A DNA stretch of 38,496 nucleotides, taken from positions 2,167 to 40,662 of the forward strand of contig CAYHND010000001.1 in NCBI GenBank assembly GCA_964357915.1. The letters run 5' to 3'. Under the pieces are notes generated by a model. The model worked only from the letters and a program-made list of their open reading frames with translations, was not told where the DNA came from and searched no databases. Below, in pieces: positions 34,460 through 38,496 of the stretch. Origin of the DNA: an uncultured Bdellovibrionales bacterium (GTDB lineage Bacteria; Patescibacteriota; Minisyncoccia; Moranbacterales; UBA1568). Numbering within the stretch: the stretch's first letter is position 1; every line of letters starts with the position of its first letter. A program made the position numbers and the translations under genes.

Positions 34460-35602
34460 ATGAAAATCATTTGTACTCAAGAAAACCTCCTCCAAGCACT
34501 AAGTGCTCTTGATAGAGTAGTGGGGAAACAAAGTTCACTCCCAATTCTTAGTAACTTCCTCTTTGAAACAGAGAAGGGTCGCCTTAAAATATCTGCTACC
34601 AACCTCGAAATAGGTATTTTGGTTTATGTAGGAGCAAAAATAGAAAAAGAGGGAAAGATAGCAGTACCAGCTCGTATACTCTCTCAATTTGTCCAAAATT
34701 TGCCGAGTGGTGAGGTTTTAGAGCTAGAAGTAAAGGATAGACACCTTTCTATTAAAGGAGGGTCCTCAGAGATGAAAATTAAAGTGCTTGATGGGAAAGA
34801 TTTTCCAATAATTCCCCACTACAAAAAGGAATATCCCCTTACATTACCAGCTCAGAGTATTAAGCGAGCTCTTGGAAGACTTTTGTTTTGTGTGAGTACG
34901 AATGAGTCGAGAATTGAACTGACAGGTGTTCAGCTTCTTTTTGAGGAAAACCAACTCTCTTTGGCTGCGACGGATAGTTTTCGTTTAGCAGAAGAGATTA
35001 TTCCCTACACAAAAGCTTTGGTAAACAACGAACAATACACCTCACTTATTATTCCCACCCAAACCCTACAGGAAATAAGTCGTTCGCTTGGGGCTGAGGT
35101 TGACGAGGTAAAGATGGCTCTTGAGGAAAACCAACTCTTTTTTGAGTTAGGGAATATTCAAATTGTGTCGCGGGTTATCAATGGAAAATTCCCAGACTAC
35201 AAACAAATTATCCCCCAAGATCTCAAAACAAAAGTAGTTCTTGAAAGAGATGCCCTTATTCGCTCACTCAAAATAGCGAGCACACTCTCTTCTTATACAG
35301 CCGGAGAGATAGCGTTGGTACTTAACCCGAGTGATAAAAGTTGTACAGTGATCGCTCGCTCACAGGAAGTGGGGGAAAACCAGAGTGTTCTAGAGGGAGA
35401 GTTTCTAGCTGGTACAGAACCACTTACACTTGTCTTCAACCCACGCTACCTTATTGAGGGGTTAGGTGCTTTTACAGAAAAGAAAGTTCTTTTTTCAGCC
35501 AATACCCCATCAAGTCCAACAACATTTCAGGCTATTTCTACAGAAGGTCAGGAGACAGACTATGTCTACGTTATGATGCCTATCCGTAAAGAATATGCGT
35601 AA
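34460..35602 (+). CDS. dnaN: DNA polymerase III beta sliding clamp
   Basis: 380 aa with a typical DnaN N-terminus (MKIICTQENLLQAL...VVGKQSSLPILSNFLFE) and ATDSFRLA. Confidence 0.9.
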   Translation: MKIICTQENLLQALSALDRVVGKQSSLPILSNFLFETEKGRLKISATNLEIGILVYVGAKIEKEGKIAVPARILSQFVQNLPSGEVLELEVKDRHLSIKGGSSEMKIKVLDGKDFPIIPHYKKEYPLTLPAQSIKRALGRLLFCVSTNESRIELTGVQLLFEENQLSLAATDSFRLAEEIIPYTKALVNNEQYTSLIIPTQTLQEISRSLGAEVDEVKMALEENQLFFELGNIQIVSRVINGKFPDYKQIIPQDLKTKVVLERDALIRSLKIASTLSSYTAGEIALVLNPSDKSCTVIARSQEVGENQSVLEGEFLAGTEPLTLVFNPRYLIEGLGAFTEKKVLFSANTPSSPTTFQAISTEGQETDYVYVMMPIRKEYA

Positions 35603-35912
35603 TATAAAGGATCTTTTTCAAGAGAAAAAGAAGTTAGTAGCCAAAAAAATAGAACCGACTCTTGATGAGAAAACCATCTTCTTTGTTTTTAAGAGAGTTT
35701 TTCGTGAGCTGTATGGACCAAAGGGTGAAGAGAGTGTAGAGCCCTTACGTGTCTACGAGAAAAAGCTCTATATCAAACCAAAAACTTCATTGTGGGCTAA
35801 TGAAATACTCCTCCATAAAGAGAAATTGGTACAGAAAACAAATCAAACTCTTGAGGGGGAATACCTCTCTGATATTACTTTGACGCAACGTTCATTTGAG
35901 AACACCAAGTAA
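35595..35912 (+). CDS. DUF721 / DciA-like small protein
   Basis: 105 aa, overlapping the dnaN stop by 8 nt. The pattern ...LRVYEKKLYIKPKTSLWANEILLHKEKLVQKTNQTLG resembles the DUF721 core (L.V.V.S..WA.EL......L...N). The assignment is from memory. Confidence 0.55.
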   Translation: MRNIKDLFQEKKKLVAKKIEPTLDEKTIFFVFKRVFRELYGPKGEESVEPLRVYEKKLYIKPKTSLWANEILLHKEKLVQKTNQTLEGEYLSDITLTQRSFENTK

Positions 35913-38471
35913 CTAAAAGCTAACCTTCACTTCTTGTGAGTCAGAAGAGGTGTTGCCATTAGCGTCCTCAAGCTCACCCTTAACAGTGATAGTTTTGTTA
36001 TTTTTTGAACCTGGAAGACTATATTCAGTAGAGTAAGGTTTGTCTGAGACGGATTTTACAGAGTCACCATCTACAAAGTAGGTTATTTTTTTTACTCCAT
36101 AAGGAGCGTCAACCTTAGCGGTCAAGGAAAGATTAGAGGAGCTAACAGAGCTTGAGAGGGTGAGTTCGAGAGAGGGTTTGTAGCTGTCAAAATCATCACC
36201 ATCACACTCATCAGTAGGAACATTTTCAGATTTCTTGTCTTCTTTTTTGTACCACTTTTCTACAGCATCTTCCCATTTTTTATACTGAGGATCATTTTCA
36301 GGGTTTTCAGGTTTACTTCCCAGTGGATCTTCACGATTAACATAATGGAGGATATCATGAGTGCTCGCAAAGTCTTTTTTCTTTACTTTGTCATCAGGAC
36401 AGTATTTATTAGCGAGACAGTAGGTATTTTTCTTGGGAATTTCACATACCCTAAGATCCTTTTCTTCCTCAAGCTTGCCGTTAAGCATAGGCTTATTAGT
36501 CTTCCCTTCCCCATCTCCAATGTAATCATCGGGATTATAAGAAGGAAAATCCTCCTTGGTGTAATTGGAAACAGCTTTTTCAAAAAAGGCTCTCCAAATA
36601 GGGGCGGCGACATTGACGCCATCAGCCCCTTCTTTCATTGGACTGTTGTCATTGTTACCAGCCCAAACACCAACAGCAAGATTTGGTGTGTATCCAACCG
36701 TCCAGCCATCGCGAAACTCATTAGTGGTACCTGTTTTTGCTGAAACAGGGCGACTCTCAAAACGAAGAGGGGAGTTATCACCAAATACCCAGGCGCGATT
36801 ACTGTTATCAGAGAGAATAGAATCAAGCATAGCCACGTATTTTTCTTCCACTACACGCTCACCAGGTTTTTCTTGATACTCCTCTATAACTTCCCCGCTA
36901 ACATCCTTGATACTCAGAATAGAAACCTTATCGTGACGCACTCCACCAGTAGCAAGGGTACTATAGGCATTGACGTGATCAAGGAGCTGCACCTCTCCAC
37001 CTCCAAGAACGAGAGAGAGGCCAACACGAGCGGGGTCATTGAGGCCTTGGATACCAAGATCCTTGGCTACCTTGATAGCATCTTTAACACCAACAAGGTA
37101 GAGGGTTTTGACAGCCGGTATATTCAGGGAGCCTCCGAGAGCCTTTTTCATGGGTAGAGGGCCATTGAACTGACCATTGTAGTTGACCGGCTTATATCCT
37201 TTTCCATCATCCGTATCAAATTCAGTTTCCACATCATAGAGCATGGTTTCTGGAAGGTACCCCTTAGTAAAAGCAGTTAGATACACATAGGGCTTAAACG
37301 AAGAGCCTGGTTGACGATCACGAATGGCCACATTGACCTGTCCATCGATAGACTCGTCAAAGTAATCCTTAGATCCGACCATGGAAAGGATCTGGCCGGT
37401 CTTTGGATCCATAGCGACGAGAGCCGCGTTACTGGCGTTCCAAGCCACGTTGTTTTTAGCACCTTCTCGTACAGCCTCCTCGGCGATTTGTTGCTTATCC
37501 CAATCGAGAGTAGTGACTACCTTGTAGCCACCCTGCTCGATAGCTTGGTCGCCATATTTTTCTTGTAGATAATCTTTGACATACATCACGAAGTGGGGGG
37601 CAGCAATAATATCCTTCTGAGGCAGAATTTTATCAAGCGTAGCCGTATCAATAGCCATTTGAGCTTGTTCTTCACTGATATAGCCCAAGTCAGCCATTTG
37701 GTGTAGAGCATATTCTTTGCGGCCAATGAGGCGTTCTGGGTGGCTGCCATACGGAGAGTAATAGGTGGTTCCTCGAGGGAGAGAAGCAAGAAGAGCTGCT
37801 TCATCAAGAGTTAGATCTTTGGCTGATTTTCCAAAGTAGGTTTGAGCCGCCGCTTCTATACCATAGGCATTCTGACCGTAAGGAATTTCGTTTAGGTACA
37901 TACTGAGAATTTCATCCTTACTGAAGAGTGTTTCAAGCTCGATAGAAAGAATAGCCTCCTTTATCTTGCGAGTGAAGGTTCGTTCGTTCGTGAGGAGAGA
38001 GTTCTTGACGAATTGCTGGGTGATAGTGGAACCTCCTTGGGCAGCATCAAAGGTAATAATGTCTTTAAGGGCGGCTCGAAGAATAGCGGTTGGTTTGAGG
38101 CCAAAGTGATGATAGAAACCCTGGTCTTCAAGAGAAATAGTGGCCGCTCGGACTATCTCCGGAATTTGATCAAAAGGAATGACGGTACGTTTTTCCTCGC
38201 CATGAACCTCATACAGGATGTGATTTCCAGTACGGTCATAAATCTTGGTTGATTCAGCAACAAAGCGTTTGTTGACGTTACCAGCCTCGGGAAGATCTTT
38301 GGCTATATAGAGAAAAATACCGAGAATAAGCAAAAACAAACCGCCACCGGCAATTGCTCCAGAGCGATTGATTTTCTTCCAATCCCAAGTGCGGAGTTTG
38401 GCTAGCAGAGCGGACTCTGGCTTTACCACGGAAGAAACCCGTCTTTTTTTAGGTAAAAAAAGCATAGACAA
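35913..38471 (-). CDS. class A penicillin-binding protein (GT51 transglycosylase plus transpeptidase) with a long C-terminal extension
   Basis: EDQGFYHHFG and GGSTITQQ (GT51). SSFKP, SLN and KTGTT (transpeptidase). An N-terminal TM anchor and about 230 extra C-terminal residues. Confidence 0.9.
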   Translation of the reverse strand: MSMLFLPKKRRVSSVVKPESALLAKLRTWDWKKINRSGAIAGGGLFLLILGIFLYIAKDLPEAGNVNKRFVAESTKIYDRTGNHILYEVHGEEKRTVIPFDQIPEIVRAATISLEDQGFYHHFGLKPTAILRAALKDIITFDAAQGGSTITQQFVKNSLLTNERTFTRKIKEAILSIELETLFSKDEILSMYLNEIPYGQNAYGIEAAAQTYFGKSAKDLTLDEAALLASLPRGTTYYSPYGSHPERLIGRKEYALHQMADLGYISEEQAQMAIDTATLDKILPQKDIIAAPHFVMYVKDYLQEKYGDQAIEQGGYKVVTTLDWDKQQIAEEAVREGAKNNVAWNASNAALVAMDPKTGQILSMVGSKDYFDESIDGQVNVAIRDRQPGSSFKPYVYLTAFTKGYLPETMLYDVETEFDTDDGKGYKPVNYNGQFNGPLPMKKALGGSLNIPAVKTLYLVGVKDAIKVAKDLGIQGLNDPARVGLSLVLGGGEVQLLDHVNAYSTLATGGVRHDKVSILSIKDVSGEVIEEYQEKPGERVVEEKYVAMLDSILSDNSNRAWVFGDNSPLRFESRPVSAKTGTTNEFRDGWTVGYTPNLAVGVWAGNNDNSPMKEGADGVNVAAPIWRAFFEKAVSNYTKEDFPSYNPDDYIGDGEGKTNKPMLNGKLEEEKDLRVCEIPKKNTYCLANKYCPDDKVKKKDFASTHDILHYVNREDPLGSKPENPENDPQYKKWEDAVEKWYKKEDKKSENVPTDECDGDDFDSYKPSLELTLSSSVSSSNLSLTAKVDAPYGVKKITYFVDGDSVKSVSDKPYSTEYSLPGSKNNKTITVKGELEDANGNTSSDSQEVKVSF

Positions 38472-38496
38472 AAGTGTTTTATGCCTTATTATAGCA

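Overview
This window is the replication-origin neighbourhood of a compact bacterial chromosome that uses the standard genetic code. TGA acts as a stop in three ATGA overlaps. The origin markers are rpmH-rnpA-yidC-jag on the minus strand, diverging from dnaA-dnaN and a DUF721/DciA-like gene on the plus strand, with DnaA boxes in both intergenic regions flanking dnaA. The rest is mostly housekeeping: gyrA (5' part), rpsA, gmk, tilS, ftsH, rbfA, a DHH phosphoesterase, a family-4 UDG, rplS, a pseudouridine synthase, Fe/Mn SOD, class I nrdAB, a class A PBP and 10 tRNA genes. There is also an envelope and surface set: three Wzy_C/O-antigen-ligase-like paralogs, two GT2 glycosyltransferases, a Wzx-like flippase, a 3D-domain protein and several secreted proteins. 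Short intergenic gaps, almost no Shine-Dalgarno sequences, TSP3-like secreted proteins and a VirB2-like pilin hairpin are reminiscent of Patescibacteria/CPR, but that is inference only. The strongest signal is ten copies of a 16-bp palindrome, TGTTCCACGTGGAACA. One copy reads TGTTCCACGTGAAACA, the Bacillus-type parS sequence. They are arranged as five pairs within 1.1 kb, all inside one intact Wzy-like ORF (9269-10828), about 22 kb from dnaA. I read this as a dense centromere-like parS array embedded in frame in a coding gene. Second in interest is a secreted fusion protein (two Cys-rich modules, a pilin-like TM hairpin and a LAS/M15-type zinc peptidase motif set) with a TolB-like partner. A duplicated tRNA-Gly 3' end suggests an integration scar. 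All calls come from reading the sequence and the ORF translations by eye. No database search, fold prediction or statistics were run.
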